From a virus (taxonomy: Duplodnaviria > Caudoviricetes), in the IMG/VR virus record IMGVR_UViG_3300042258_000071, positions 32,001 to 96,000 of that record: a stretch of DNA of 64,000 nucleotides. One strand, given 5' to 3'. The notes beneath the pieces were generated by a model. The model ran no database searches. It saw only the letters and a program-made list of their open reading frames with translations, and was not told the DNA's origin. Below, one piece after another: positions 50,102 to 60,353 of the stretch. Position 1 is the stretch's first letter, and the number at the start of each line of letters is the position of its first letter. Position numbers and translations under genes: made by a program.

Positions 50102-50518
50102 ATGCTGTCTATCATTCTCAACCTCATCCTTGTAACTGTTGCTGCCTACGTCATCATGTTCATCGCAACCCCAGCTTTGATGGCGTGGGTTCGACTCGAC
50201 AAAAAGATCTTCTTCCCGAGGATGGTGGAAATGTCGAAGACCTACAAAGATGTCTTTACCACCAGATACACCATATATTCGATCCTGGTTATCGCATGCA
50301 TTTTCATGCGAGCCGTGTCTCCCTGGAAATTGATAGTCTGCATGTTTAGCCAGAGTGCGAGCAGAACCTTCATGCTTGAACATTACGACAGTGTAATGAA
50401 CAAAGGTCCTGAACATGAAGATTATGAATGTCTCGCCTTTCAACCAATCAAATTTGGATTTGAAAGTGTGAAAAATAAAATGAAAGCTGGCGGGACAGTA
50501 GTGAACCATATCGCCTAA
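50102..50518 (+). CDS. Membrane protein
   Basis: Start MLSIILNL (AAGGA RBS); two hydrophobic segments. Confidence 0.65.
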   Translation: MLSIILNLILVTVAAYVIMFIATPALMAWVRLDKKIFFPRMVEMSKTYKDVFTTRYTIYSILVIACIFMRAVSPWKLIVCMFSQSASRTFMLEHYDSVMNKGPEHEDYECLAFQPIKFGFESVKNKMKAGGTVVNHIA

Positions 50519-50534
50519 CGTCATATACACTTTA

Positions 50535-50566
50535 AAGGGGAGTGGGCATACATGCCCACTCCCCTT
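50535..50566. terminator. Long palindromic stem-loop
   Basis: AAGGGGAGTGGGCAT-AC-ATGCCCACTCCCCTT. Confidence 0.7.
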
Positions 50567-50708
50567 CTTATATGTTGTATTTCTTTTATACAGATGGGAG
50601 GTCCTTATATTACCCAATGTAAGATCTTATCCTCACTCTCCTAGTCATTTGACTTATTTCTTTTTTCATAAAAATTTGTACAACCAGAAAAGAAAAGGAT
50701 ATAAACAC

Positions 50709-51140
50709 ATGCTTCTTCAAACACAAGAAGATTGCATTAACTTTATTATGAGTGGTATTATAGCACATGTCTCTCATAAAGATTTTAAAGCTTTAAAAAT
50801 TCATACAAGTAAGGGAATTAAAATCTGGGCATATGGGGATGGGGAGACTATGGATGCACTATGCCTATGGATTGAATCGCATAGAGTTTTGAAACAAGAG
50901 CTTACATTCTCTAAACTGGAGACCGTCGGAGACTCTAGTCAGCTCCATAAGTTACACTATGAGTGGGTAGATATCCCGCTAATTCAGCGAGTGAAAGGCC
51001 TCTTCACTCCATGGCAAAATGGTCATCGATACTCAATGGTCCTCCATGAGGTGTACATAGCTCTCAGATATGGAAAGAGAGAGCCTTTCCAGTTTAAAGT
51101 ATCTGAGGAAATATTTCTCATGGCGAATAATCTTTATTAA
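50709..51140 (+). CDS. Hypothetical protein
   Basis: Start MLLQTQED (AAGGA RBS). Confidence 0.65.
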   Translation: MLLQTQEDCINFIMSGIIAHVSHKDFKALKIHTSKGIKIWAYGDGETMDALCLWIESHRVLKQELTFSKLETVGDSSQLHKLHYEWVDIPLIQRVKGLFTPWQNGHRYSMVLHEVYIALRYGKREPFQFKVSEEIFLMANNLY

Positions 51141-51146
51141 ATAGAA

Positions 51147-51184
51147 TATAGAGGGAGGGTGCCCGATGGCACCCTCCCTCTATA
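51147..51184. terminator. Long palindromic stem-loop between convergent genes
   Basis: TATAGAGGGAGGGTGCC-CGAT-GGCACCCTCCCTCTATA. Confidence 0.75.
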
Positions 51185-51201
51185 CTTGTATCATTCATTT
51201 T

Positions 51202-51621
51202 TTATTCAACAACATTTAAGATGCGACAATTATCATATCCATTTTGCTTAAGAACGTCAAGAATGTTCGTATGATTATTTGTGTTGATATCATAAACCAC
51301 AATGTTAACACGAACAGTATTTGCAATAATTTCCAGGGATCCTGGTGTGATCCATTCATTTGCAAAAACTCGAAGTTTATTCGTACCAGAAGGGGCCTCA
51401 TCTAGTTCATATAGAAAAAAAGTACAGTCTTCCAATGCTGGTATACCAGCATCTGTTTGAAGAACAGCGCCTTGATAAGACACGATATCCCCATGCATCT
51501 TAGCGATGGTGTAATCGATAATCCCTTTAACGACCCCACGCCAAATTACATTATCTTTAGAATTCTTAGATCCAAATGTGATGCGAGATCCAACATGCAT
51601 CTGTGAGACGATGTCAACCAT
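51202..51621 (-). CDS. Conserved phiKZ-like small beta-rich protein
   Basis: 139 aa; GVVKGIIDYTIA...VFANEWI...NGY; AGGAG RBS. Confidence 0.6.
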   Translation of the reverse strand: MVDIVSQMHVGSRITFGSKNSKDNVIWRGVVKGIIDYTIAKMHGDIVSYQGAVLQTDAGIPALEDCTFFLYELDEAPSGTNKLRVFANEWITPGSLEIIANTVRVNIVVYDINTNNHTNILDVLKQNGYDNCRILNVVE

Positions 51622-51639
51622 TTAAAGTATCTCCTATAC

Positions 51640-53559
51640 TTAAGTATTGTCACTCACATCATGACTGTTTAAGAAGGTAGTTGTTGATAAGTATTTAGGA
51701 ATGAGTTCTTCAATACGTTTAAGAAGTTCATTATACCCGACAATAGGCTGCATTAGCAACCCTTGATAGTGTCCAGCTGTGATTACAGCTCTAACACTTT
51801 CTTTATCAGACAAGGTTCTCATCTCATTAAGATCGATGTCATACACATTTTGGTAATAAGCATTCGTACCTTCAGACGTATGAGAGGGTAGAGTCTCACC
51901 TGTAATGACTGTTAAGATGTCTTGAAGACAAGTCTGAAGAATACTTGCAATGTAAATCTCAAGATCAGAATGAGGTGTTAGAGTTATATCGTTACAAATG
52001 CGTTCGATCTTAGAAAGTCCATCAAACACGATACCATTGTTAAGAGCAGACACAGCAGCCCCATAAGCATCATCAACAACGGAGAGCATCGCACGTGCGC
52101 TGTGTGTCGATCCTCCGATCTGAAGATTGATTTGTTTACGGCAAATCATGTATCGATACAGTACAAGATAGTCCTGATATGCTGTAGCATCAAGAGAGGT
52201 AATCTCGTGCGTATTCATGTATTTATTAATTTGATCTGTAAGCTCTTTAATGGTTTCTTGATAGAGAGATGGTGCACTTTTAAGATTGACATACCAAGGG
52301 TTAAAAATAGGGTCATCACCTTTAGGGATCACGTTCCAAAAATCTAAGATTCGTCTCCCATAATAGTGCACTTTTACATCTTTAATAACGTCATTTTCAA
52401 GTGATCCGGGTAGGTACCTTACCTCCCCATTTCTAGCTAGAATGCGCAGCCCCCTTAGGTGGAGACGTTGAGAGGCCTCACCCCCTCTAAGGAGGTTAAT
52501 AAGGACGATCTGGCGATACCCTTTTTCTAGTAAGATTTTATTGTATTCTAAAATATTAGAAAGGAGAGATGAAGATTCCACCTTAGATGCTAGGATAACA
52601 AGATCCTTATTTACTTTAAAGAAGGTATCTAATTTTTCAACCTTCTTTTTAGATAATGCATAGTTTTCAAGGATACGCTGTTTATGATCCTCATCTTCTG
52701 CATTTTCAAGAGTATATTCTAAATTAAAAGCATTAAAGGTTAGAAGTGTTTTAAGAGCCGAGTTGATGTCATCATGAAGAGAAGCATATCCGGTTAGAGG
52801 ATCTTCTGACACCAAAAGATCTACAGTGTCTTTTTCATATTCAGTTTTAAAGAGATCATTGCAGACACCGGGTGTTGACAGGAATACCTCAAAAGAAAAT
52901 TCAGCATCCTCAACAACTTCAAAAGCGATATCACTCTCTTGTGACTTGACATCTCGGACATACTGTCCAAAGAGTTTCTCAACAGGTACTTTTTCAACAA
53001 TCTCAGAAATGGCTGTTGCCAGTTCCGTATTCCCTTTTGATGCAATGTATGCTTGGACATACGCATACAGTTTGCGAACATCATTTAAGGGAATGTCGAG
53101 ATCGTTCGTAAGTTCTTCTGGCGTGAAAGAACATTCATTAAGACGTTCTTTAATTTCACCAAGGCAACTGTGAAATGCACTTTCAATTTGTTTGTAAGAA
53201 TAGTTGTTCTCAAAAGCTGACCAGTCTTCACTCATCACTTTACGAAGAATGGATGTAAACAACATCATCGACGTCGTCGTACCATCATGGCAGACATTAT
53301 CAACACGCGTTCCAACGTATGCAATAGAAGACTTAAGACTGTCTTCAAGACTATCTTTCTTAAACTTAAGATGACGAACAATGGAGATACCATCTTTAGA
53401 AAATGTCATATCCGTCATCTCCCCTGTATGGGAGAGAGATGGCCATGCAGCGTGAGATGCGCGGGGACCACAATGACGTTTTAAAACGTCATACACAGTG
53501 TCACACACATCTTTAACAGTTTTTTTATATTTAGTGGTGCTGATCTCGTTTAGCAGCAT
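51640..53559 (-). CDS. Divergent phage chaperonin (cpn60/GroEL-like)
   Basis: CGP, SKDGISIV, HDGTTTS (cf. GDGTTT), IGG, DDAYGAAVSALNNGIVFDG (cf. EDA..A..AA...G.V.GGG); start probably 53559. Confidence 0.75.
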   Translation of the reverse strand: MLLNEISTTKYKKTVKDVCDTVYDVLKRHCGPRASHAAWPSLSHTGEMTDMTFSKDGISIVRHLKFKKDSLEDSLKSSIAYVGTRVDNVCHDGTTTSMMLFTSILRKVMSEDWSAFENNYSYKQIESAFHSCLGEIKERLNECSFTPEELTNDLDIPLNDVRKLYAYVQAYIASKGNTELATAISEIVEKVPVEKLFGQYVRDVKSQESDIAFEVVEDAEFSFEVFLSTPGVCNDLFKTEYEKDTVDLLVSEDPLTGYASLHDDINSALKTLLTFNAFNLEYTLENAEDEDHKQRILENYALSKKKVEKLDTFFKVNKDLVILASKVESSSLLSNILEYNKILLEKGYRQIVLINLLRGGEASQRLHLRGLRILARNGEVRYLPGSLENDVIKDVKVHYYGRRILDFWNVIPKGDDPIFNPWYVNLKSAPSLYQETIKELTDQINKYMNTHEITSLDATAYQDYLVLYRYMICRKQINLQIGGSTHSARAMLSVVDDAYGAAVSALNNGIVFDGLSKIERICNDITLTPHSDLEIYIASILQTCLQDILTVITGETLPSHTSEGTNAYYQNVYDIDLNEMRTLSDKESVRAVITAGHYQGLLMQPIVGYNELLKRIEELIPKYLSTTTFLNSHDVSDNT

Positions 53560-53983
53560 TTTTCTTCTTATCCTCTTTGGGTTTCTTGTTATAGATTTCA
53601 TCTGGATGGAGATTGAAATATACAGTTATGAGCTCAAGGCATTTTGCCCGAGGGAGATTAATGATGTCATGAGGTGTCAGCATGAGTTTAGAACAAATGT
53701 TAGAAAAAGACAATTGTTCTAAAAGCTCTGCTTCTTCTTCTGCATATTTGTTTTTATAAGCATTTGTTTTGGACTTTAACACAGTGGCTAGGGGATGATC
53801 TGGAAGAGATGGTTTTAATCCTAAAAACTCTTGATTAAAATAATCAAGAGTATTTGATTGAACCAACTTAAGGTCCATCTCCTCTGAGGCATGAGCTGCA
53901 ATCTCTTCTAAGAGAGAAGATCGTTTGTCGAAGTAATATTGAATATCACTATCATTGACAAACGATCTCTCCTCAGATGTCAA
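53531..53983 (-). CDS. Hypothetical protein, possible baseplate assembly partner
   Basis: 150 aa, directly downstream of the baseplate-hub-assembly-like gene. Confidence 0.6.
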   Translation of the reverse strand: MTSEERSFVNDSDIQYYFDKRSSLLEEIAAHASEEMDLKLVQSNTLDYFNQEFLGLKPSLPDHPLATVLKSKTNAYKNKYAEEEAELLEQLSFSNICSKLMLTPHDIINLPRAKCLELITVYFNLHPDEIYNKKPKEDKKKNAAKRDQHH

Positions 53984-53994
53984 ACGATCGCGTA

Positions 53995-55605
53995 TTATCC
54001 CCGATTTGATAGTTTGCTCATGCAGATCAAGAAAAAAGTGTCAAGAGGATCAATAATAAAATAACCTGTCCGTGTCTTTGGACTGTGACCACATTTAGGA
54101 CAATCCCAGGTTGGGACGCCAATGTGTGTAAGTTTATGGTCGTGGATCGCATCTAAAATTGCATTGATAACAATATTGTCTTCATCTTCAACTTGGATAC
54201 GATCAAGAGCAAGTTCTACATCTTCAGGGAGATCGATCTCAGCTGTCTTACCTTCTCCAAGTTTCAAATATACCTTAGAGACCCAAGGGGTAAACTGTTT
54301 AAGAGCACGACTTTTAATAGCCTGTTGAACAGTAGTTGGATCGTTATCTGTAAGATTAGAAGAAACCTCCCGAATGAAACGATCTCCACATTCATTGTAA
54401 TCATACCAACTTGGAGATTTCATAACGACAGTGAATCGTCCCCAAGTGATATGGTTATCCTCCCCATCAAGACCCCCATCAATAAAGGGTACGAGCTTCT
54501 GATACTCCGCAATCTGAGCTTGTGTAACCTCAAGTTTCATCGCGCGTTGCATGTGAGAGATAGCATCTGGAGATAGTTTTTCAAAACTATGAATGATACA
54601 TTCTCGAAGATCAATTGTTCCACTGACGATATGGTCACAATTCTTATCTGGATTAATACATGAGTACTGTGCAGCATCATATCCATCAGGATACATCATA
54701 GAAGCGAGGGCCATGAGGATCGTGTCATAATCTTCAACACGCACACTTTTAACAAGATTATCCCCCCGATCCCAGGACTTCAATGTGGATCCAACAACAT
54801 GTGACCGCCAAAGTTTCATAGCGGCATGTTTTAGAAAATAATCGATATATGTAAAGAAGAATGCACCATAAGAACGTCCGATCGATTGTACATTAGAATA
54901 TGCACTATCTACGTAATTGCGTAATGACGATAATGATGGAGATATGAGATCTATGCAAAATCCACTATTAAGAAGCGGGACCCTAAGAGTTGATCCCTTC
55001 TTAGACGTATCTTGCAGGGCAATAAGAGCGTCAATGCCCGTTACTTTAGTAATACCTTCCCCCAACTCTTTAAACTTAGGTTTGGCAAGTCCGATGGTCT
55101 TACGACCTTCTTTATTAACGTAACTCGATGATAATTTACGATCATTCTTCTTTGCAAGACCGATGCGTGTTGCCCGGGATAAAATTTCAGGGGTTTCAGT
55201 GCACATGCGGGCTAAGATATTGTCATAAGATCCGTTCTTAGAGGACTCCAATTCAAAGGCACTCTCTGAATTAAAGTAATCAATTCTTCGCTCTAAACAG
55301 GTGAGAAGAACTTCTTTCTCAAACCCAAATACTGGAATAAATATTCCAACATCATGATCATCGTCAAATAACCCTGAGGTCTCCTCATCCGTAGGAGTGT
55401 CCTCATTGTAGTCAAGGTCAATATCAAGCTCCTGATCTTTATGTGAAGCAGTTTCAGGTTCAACCTTTTTAGTATCAAGGGGTTCTAACGGATCTGACTG
55501 CTTCTCTTTAGGAGGCTCAGATGGAACAGTCGTATCTTTAAGAATGTCTTCATCATGAGAAGATACTGAGTGATCTTCTGGTACAGGCGTGTCTTCATGA
55601 GACAT
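53995..55605 (-). CDS. Baseplate hub assembly-like protein with Zn ribbons
   Basis: VPLLNSGF, DYDTILMALASMMYPDGY, CINPDKNC, CPKCG; acidic N-terminus. Confidence 0.55.
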   Translation of the reverse strand: MSHEDTPVPEDHSVSSHDEDILKDTTVPSEPPKEKQSDPLEPLDTKKVEPETASHKDQELDIDLDYNEDTPTDEETSGLFDDDHDVGIFIPVFGFEKEVLLTCLERRIDYFNSESAFELESSKNGSYDNILARMCTETPEILSRATRIGLAKKNDRKLSSSYVNKEGRKTIGLAKPKFKELGEGITKVTGIDALIALQDTSKKGSTLRVPLLNSGFCIDLISPSLSSLRNYVDSAYSNVQSIGRSYGAFFFTYIDYFLKHAAMKLWRSHVVGSTLKSWDRGDNLVKSVRVEDYDTILMALASMMYPDGYDAAQYSCINPDKNCDHIVSGTIDLRECIIHSFEKLSPDAISHMQRAMKLEVTQAQIAEYQKLVPFIDGGLDGEDNHITWGRFTVVMKSPSWYDYNECGDRFIREVSSNLTDNDPTTVQQAIKSRALKQFTPWVSKVYLKLGEGKTAEIDLPEDVELALDRIQVEDEDNIVINAILDAIHDHKLTHIGVPTWDCPKCGHSPKTRTGYFIIDPLDTFFLICMSKLSNRG

Positions 55606-56476
55606 TTGATGTGTCCTTTTCTTTGGATTTTAATCTCTCGATATCTTTACGATATCGTTCATAGGAGAGATTGCCGAGTAGGAAGACATTAAGTCGCCCT
55701 GATAAAATTGAAAAACGAGGGTCTTCATAATACCCCCCATAGCAAATATCTGTTTGTTCAGATGGTGACCATATCTTTAATCCGAAAATATAATCGTTAC
55801 ACCCTTTTGGGATAACCTTTGTAGGAGTTAAAAGTTCATATCCTTTAGAGATTGTAAACTTTAAGGGGTGAGTGATAATCTTAGAAAGAGCAGTGTTCTT
55901 AAACGTATTCTCATCTAAATACATTTTAACCAGTGTATACTTTTGATATTTTTCAACATTAAAATTTAACATGGCCGACGTAGGAGAGTACACTCCTTTA
56001 ACAAGTACATCGGCCTGTTCACGAAGGCGGATGTATGTGAAATAGGTATCGATAGGGGACCAGATTATTTTTAAAGATTTTCCAGTTGCAGATACACATG
56101 TACAACTATGTGTTTTTTTATCTATATAGGGGTTAAAGCTTTTATCTATCTTCCATTTAAGAGCATTCGCAATTGATATGAGTTCTCTCAAATGTATAAC
56201 GCGGAGAGTTTTATCAAAAATGTTTAAATCAAAGCATTTAAAAAATTTTGTTAAAAGAGATAAATGCTTTTGAGACTTTATTGTAAGTACCCCACACGTA
56301 AGTTCTGCTTGTCCAAATTGAAAATCTTCTTCGATAAAATTGCCAACAAGAAACTGACCCTTCACATTTGTAAAGCCTTGATATAAATATCCCAGACGTC
56401 GGTCAGAAATACGTGTTAAGATTGCCTGTATCTCTTCAGATTCCTGCTTAGTAAATACCTCTGGCTCATCGGTCAT
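55595..56476 (-). CDS. Hypothetical protein
   Basis: 293 aa; overlaps its neighbours as in an operon. Confidence 0.7.
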   Translation of the reverse strand: MTDEPEVFTKQESEEIQAILTRISDRRLGYLYQGFTNVKGQFLVGNFIEEDFQFGQAELTCGVLTIKSQKHLSLLTKFFKCFDLNIFDKTLRVIHLRELISIANALKWKIDKSFNPYIDKKTHSCTCVSATGKSLKIIWSPIDTYFTYIRLREQADVLVKGVYSPTSAMLNFNVEKYQKYTLVKMYLDENTFKNTALSKIITHPLKFTISKGYELLTPTKVIPKGCNDYIFGLKIWSPSEQTDICYGGYYEDPRFSILSGRLNVFLLGNLSYERYRKDIERLKSKEKDTSNVS

Positions 56477-56739
56477 CCAACTTTCTTCTCCATGAGAAGT
56501 TTTGAAGCTTTAGACAGAACATTTTCTATACGGCGACTGAGACTGATAAGAGTCTGAGTGTCGATGGTTTTTGCAATATTACGTGTCATTACAATTGCTA
56601 AGATATCCGTGATTTCAGTATCAATATTCTTAGGGATCTTTTTGAGTTCTTTAAGAAGATTCTTACGTGCTAAAGTTAAAGCAGTTTTATACTGTGTGAT
56701 CTCTTCTTCAACAGATTGAGGGTGATTCATTTGATTCAT
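56473..56739 (-). CDS. Small hypothetical protein
   Basis: Start MNQMNHPQ with a GGAG RBS. Confidence 0.6.
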   Translation of the reverse strand: MNQMNHPQSVEEEITQYKTALTLARKNLLKELKKIPKNIDTEITDILAIVMTRNIAKTIDTQTLISLSRRIENVLSKASKLLMEKKVG

Positions 56740-56875
56740 CTTTGTAACTCCATGTAAATATGTCGGGTAACAACCTACCACAGGTAACTCTATAGAGTGA
56801 CATCATTTCTGGGAAAAGTATTATAATTAGGGCGCGAATCGTATAGAGATAATGGAGTAATAAAAAGGATTTTAA

Positions 56876-59059
56876 ATGTCAGAATCATCACTTTTTAAGA
56901 ATGATATTCATTCATATACCCCACATCGAGAAAAACCGACATCAGCATACGTTCGAAAGATGACAGATTACCTTCAACGGAAGTATCCAGATGCTTCTAA
57001 TGACACTATTATTGCATTCGTTAGAAATCAAGTTATTAAAAACATTAAACGTCCTAAGGTTAAGCTTTTAACTCATCCAGTGTATGGGACGACAGTTGAG
57101 CGAGAAGGTGATCTTCTTACAATATTAGAGGATTATAAAACAGATATCATCACACCATCTGGGGCTATTTATATGCCCCCTTCTGAAAAGAAGTCTGTTA
57201 TTGCATCTATGATTGAATCTAAAATTGTAGAAAGAAACCTTTATAAAGGGGAAATGCTTGAAGCCCTCTCTATGGGAGATTCTGTTAGGGCCATTGTGGC
57301 AAAAAATTTACAAGCATCTGCTAAAATTTTCAACAATTCAATCCCAGGCGCTATGGGGACAATTTATAGTTTCTTATTTGATCTCCCAGGATACAATGCG
57401 ATCACATCCGTTGGACAACAAGGTGCAAAACTTGCCTATGCACACGCCGAGCGCATGTTGTGTGCAAATATGTATCTTAGCACTGTTGATGCTGTTATAA
57501 ACTTTATTCATACTTTAAGCTCTAAGACACCTTCAGATAAAGTTGATGCAGTAATTAAGATGTATAACCTTCATATTCCAACGTGTGAAGAAGTTACAAA
57601 TGATTTGTTGGAGTGCCTTAAGTTCTATCAGAACACAGAGAGCTGTTTTGATCCCATATTTGAATGTGTAAAAACTTTAACTGTTCAAGAGAGATGCTAC
57701 CTTACTTATGCATACTGCTACTGGAATTTCCTTAAATATAACAACACTTTTATGCGTAAGTTTTTTTCGAAGTTCTTTGATAGAAATGTTTTTATAGATA
57801 AAACCTGGGACCCTAAAGATATCTTTAAGGTAGAAGGGGACCTTTTGAATATGGCGATGTCTATAAATTTTGAACTGATTCATCATGTAGATATCGATGG
57901 TAAAAACAGTTCTAATCTTGGAAGTGCTATTGATATTGTACCGGAGGGTGTTTTAAATCTTTTAGCTATTTGTCGACATATGCAGAACTGTTTAACAAAT
58001 ATGACATCTCTGTTTACAACGTTCTTTAAAGTAGATTACACCTTTCCAGATGTATGGTCACATCCTAAAATTGTTCGTAAGTGTGTTGCAGTTTCTGATA
58101 CCGACTCTGTCATCTTTCAGACAAGTGATATCGTTAGATGGTACACTCCAGAAAAACATTTCTGTCAGAAAGCATATGACATTAATGCTTTTTCAGTATA
58201 CATGATCTCCCAAACACTTGAACATGTATTTGCGAGACTTGCAACTGCATTTGGAGCTGAGGGTAATGATCGTAAACTTATTAAAATGAAAAACGAATAT
58301 TACTTCCCTATCTTTATTCGAACAACTAAAGGTAAACATTATCTCGGACAGATCCGTATTCAGGAAGGTAAGATCTTGCCAAAACCTGAAAGAGATATTA
58401 AAGGTGTTGTCTTTAGAGGGTCGGATCTCCCTGCTGATGTTGGGAAACGATTTGAAAAATATTTTGATTGGATATGCGACACCCTTACAACGGGTGATGA
58501 AAAAATCAGTGTTAACGATCTCCTTTCCAGTGTTGTTGAATTCGAACTTCATATGTTCAAATCCTTAAGTGAAGGGAAGAAAGAATACCTTCCGACTGCA
58601 CAGGTTAGGGTTGAAAGTGAATACCCTAATCCTATCAGAACTAATTATTTTGCATATATGCTCTGGGAAGAAGTATTCCAAGATACATTTGGAGAATTCG
58701 TTATCCCAAACAAAGGGTACACCATTCCTCTTATCTCAAATAAAGTTCTCACCAATCCAGAATGGCAGGATAAATTAAGTAAAGTGGATCCTACACTTCC
58801 TCAGAAATTAAACACGTTCATTGCAAAGTATCCTTATCGTAAAATTAACAGTATTATTCTACCGCCATCTCTTCTAGAGGTCCCTGAAATCTTTAGACCC
58901 ATCATGGACATTCGAAAGCTGATCTTTACATGTACACGATCCTTTGCACTGTGCCTTAATCAATTTGGATTGTCCTTTAATGATACAAAAACTAAGTATC
59001 TCATATCAGATTTTATTAGTGACAGTGGTATGAATGCCAAAGATACCAAGAAATCCTAA
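56876..59059 (+). CDS. Family-B DNA polymerase, polymerase-domain subunit (phiKZ-like split enzyme)
   Basis: KIFNNSIPGAMG (motif B), VSDTDSVIF (motif C), MKNEY, KHY, IKGV; no recognisable exonuclease domain. Confidence 0.85.
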   Translation: MSESSLFKNDIHSYTPHREKPTSAYVRKMTDYLQRKYPDASNDTIIAFVRNQVIKNIKRPKVKLLTHPVYGTTVEREGDLLTILEDYKTDIITPSGAIYMPPSEKKSVIASMIESKIVERNLYKGEMLEALSMGDSVRAIVAKNLQASAKIFNNSIPGAMGTIYSFLFDLPGYNAITSVGQQGAKLAYAHAERMLCANMYLSTVDAVINFIHTLSSKTPSDKVDAVIKMYNLHIPTCEEVTNDLLECLKFYQNTESCFDPIFECVKTLTVQERCYLTYAYCYWNFLKYNNTFMRKFFSKFFDRNVFIDKTWDPKDIFKVEGDLLNMAMSINFELIHHVDIDGKNSSNLGSAIDIVPEGVLNLLAICRHMQNCLTNMTSLFTTFFKVDYTFPDVWSHPKIVRKCVAVSDTDSVIFQTSDIVRWYTPEKHFCQKAYDINAFSVYMISQTLEHVFARLATAFGAEGNDRKLIKMKNEYYFPIFIRTTKGKHYLGQIRIQEGKILPKPERDIKGVVFRGSDLPADVGKRFEKYFDWICDTLTTGDEKISVNDLLSSVVEFELHMFKSLSEGKKEYLPTAQVRVESEYPNPIRTNYFAYMLWEEVFQDTFGEFVIPNKGYTIPLISNKVLTNPEWQDKLSKVDPTLPQKLNTFIAKYPYRKINSIILPPSLLEVPEIFRPIMDIRKLIFTCTRSFALCLNQFGLSFNDTKTKYLISDFISDSGMNAKDTKKS

Positions 59060-59117
59060 CCTGTTTAAATTCAAATATGTTCAAGCTACCGACGTCTCTT
59101 AATGATAGACATGCAAA

Positions 59118-59150
59118 ATAAGAGGAGTGGGGATTCCCCACTCCTCTTAT
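59118..59150. terminator. Long palindromic stem-loop between convergent genes
   Basis: ATAAGAGGAGTGGGGA-T-TCCCCACTCCTCTTAT; overlaps the rnhA stop codon. Confidence 0.75.
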
Positions 59151-59854
59151 GTCTTCGTTTTATTTCTAAGATAGGATGCATTTAACTTTTTAGATAGCGC
59201 ATCTGGTAGTTTTAAATTCACCACAGATTGCACTTTCTGTTTAATATCTGTAGTAATGACATTTTCTTTCTCAGGTCTTTTAAGTTTACCGCATTTCATA
59301 TCTAGAGTGAGTTGGGAGCAGATTTTGTCAACTGAATCATTATACCGATTTTCACCTGTATGAGATTTTATATGGAAAGCTCTAATCATGAATTTATTCT
59401 TAAGCTCATAGAGCCGCTTCATAAGGTCCATGTTTTTGACTTTTCCACCAGAAGCAGTTCTCCAATTGGATCCTTTCCAATAGTTGATCCACACCATGAT
59501 CGACATAACTGCATACAAACTATCACTTACAATAACAATTTTCGCAACTGGATCTGGAATGGCCTCTAAGCCTTTAATGATAGCTGTAAGTTCCATACGT
59601 GAAATGGTCGTATCAAATTCATGTCCAGATAGAATTTCACGTTCATCATAATCACTATCTAAAATAATTGTTGCCCACGCTCCGTAACATGGAGGCCTAA
59701 ACGATCCATCGGTATAGATAGTGTACTGAGGAACATCATGCTTTTTAAGTTTACGAGAAGACACTTTAGATTTCTTAGGAACATTCTCAGAAGTCTTCTT
59801 TTTGGAAGTGCTAGCTCTCTTAGATACAGTTACAGTAGGAGGTATATGTGACAT
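59147..59854 (-). CDS. rnhA: Ribonuclease HI with basic terminal extensions
   Basis: IYTDGS, RMELTAII, VSDSLY, VKNMDL, KSH, NDSVD. Confidence 0.92.
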   Translation of the reverse strand: MSHIPPTVTVSKRASTSKKKTSENVPKKSKVSSRKLKKHDVPQYTIYTDGSFRPPCYGAWATIILDSDYDEREILSGHEFDTTISRMELTAIIKGLEAIPDPVAKIVIVSDSLYAVMSIMVWINYWKGSNWRTASGGKVKNMDLMKRLYELKNKFMIRAFHIKSHTGENRYNDSVDKICSQLTLDMKCGKLKRPEKENVITTDIKQKVQSVVNLKLPDALSKKLNASYLRNKTKT

Positions 59855-59948
59855 GTAAGTCTCCTTTAAACACCACGGTTAGATCGTCTTTATTATACTT
59901 TTACAGGTATATCTAAACTTATAAATCTGTTGTTCATCCATATTCAGA

Positions 59949-59966
59949 TATACATTACTGATATGA
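59949..59966 (+). promoter_or_regulatory. Putative early promoter variant TATACATTACTGATATGA
   Basis: Degenerate motif copy upstream of ORF 60045. Confidence 0.45.
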
Positions 59967-60044
59967 TTGAACTGTAATATGTTTCAATTAACACTGGTAG
60001 TGTACACCATCAGTGCACTATCACCATCCTGAAGGAGCCCAGCT

Positions 60045-60347
60045 ATGACTGATACTAATACCACCAAGAACCCAAGCACAGATACAGATACCGCACACCC
60101 ACCGGCGTTGGACGATCTGTCCTTTTTGTATACCACTACGGCCGGTGAAGGTGACAACATTGTCACCTTCAAAGAACAAGACTTTTTCAAGTTTCGGCAG
60201 GAACTTGAAGCGTCTGCCGCCAGACGTGGCGTTTGGAAAGGTGCCGGTATTACTCTCGCCACCGTTGCGGTGGTCGGGGCCGCTCTATGGGCGATCCCAA
60301 AAATGGTAGGTGGTGGGGGTGGAGACACCTCCCCTGCTGAAGTCTAA
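60045..60347 (+). CDS. C-terminally anchored membrane protein
   Basis: 100 aa; AAGGAG RBS; TM segment GAGITLATVAVVGAALWAI; higher GC than flanking sequence. Confidence 0.75.
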   Translation: MTDTNTTKNPSTDTDTAHPPALDDLSFLYTTTAGEGDNIVTFKEQDFFKFRQELEASAARRGVWKGAGITLATVAVVGAALWAIPKMVGGGGGDTSPAEV

Positions 60348-60353
60348 CAACTC

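Noticed and set aside
56876-59059. Intein or intron in the DNA polymerase
   Set aside because: The ORF is continuous, with no intein termini or intron core motifs seen.
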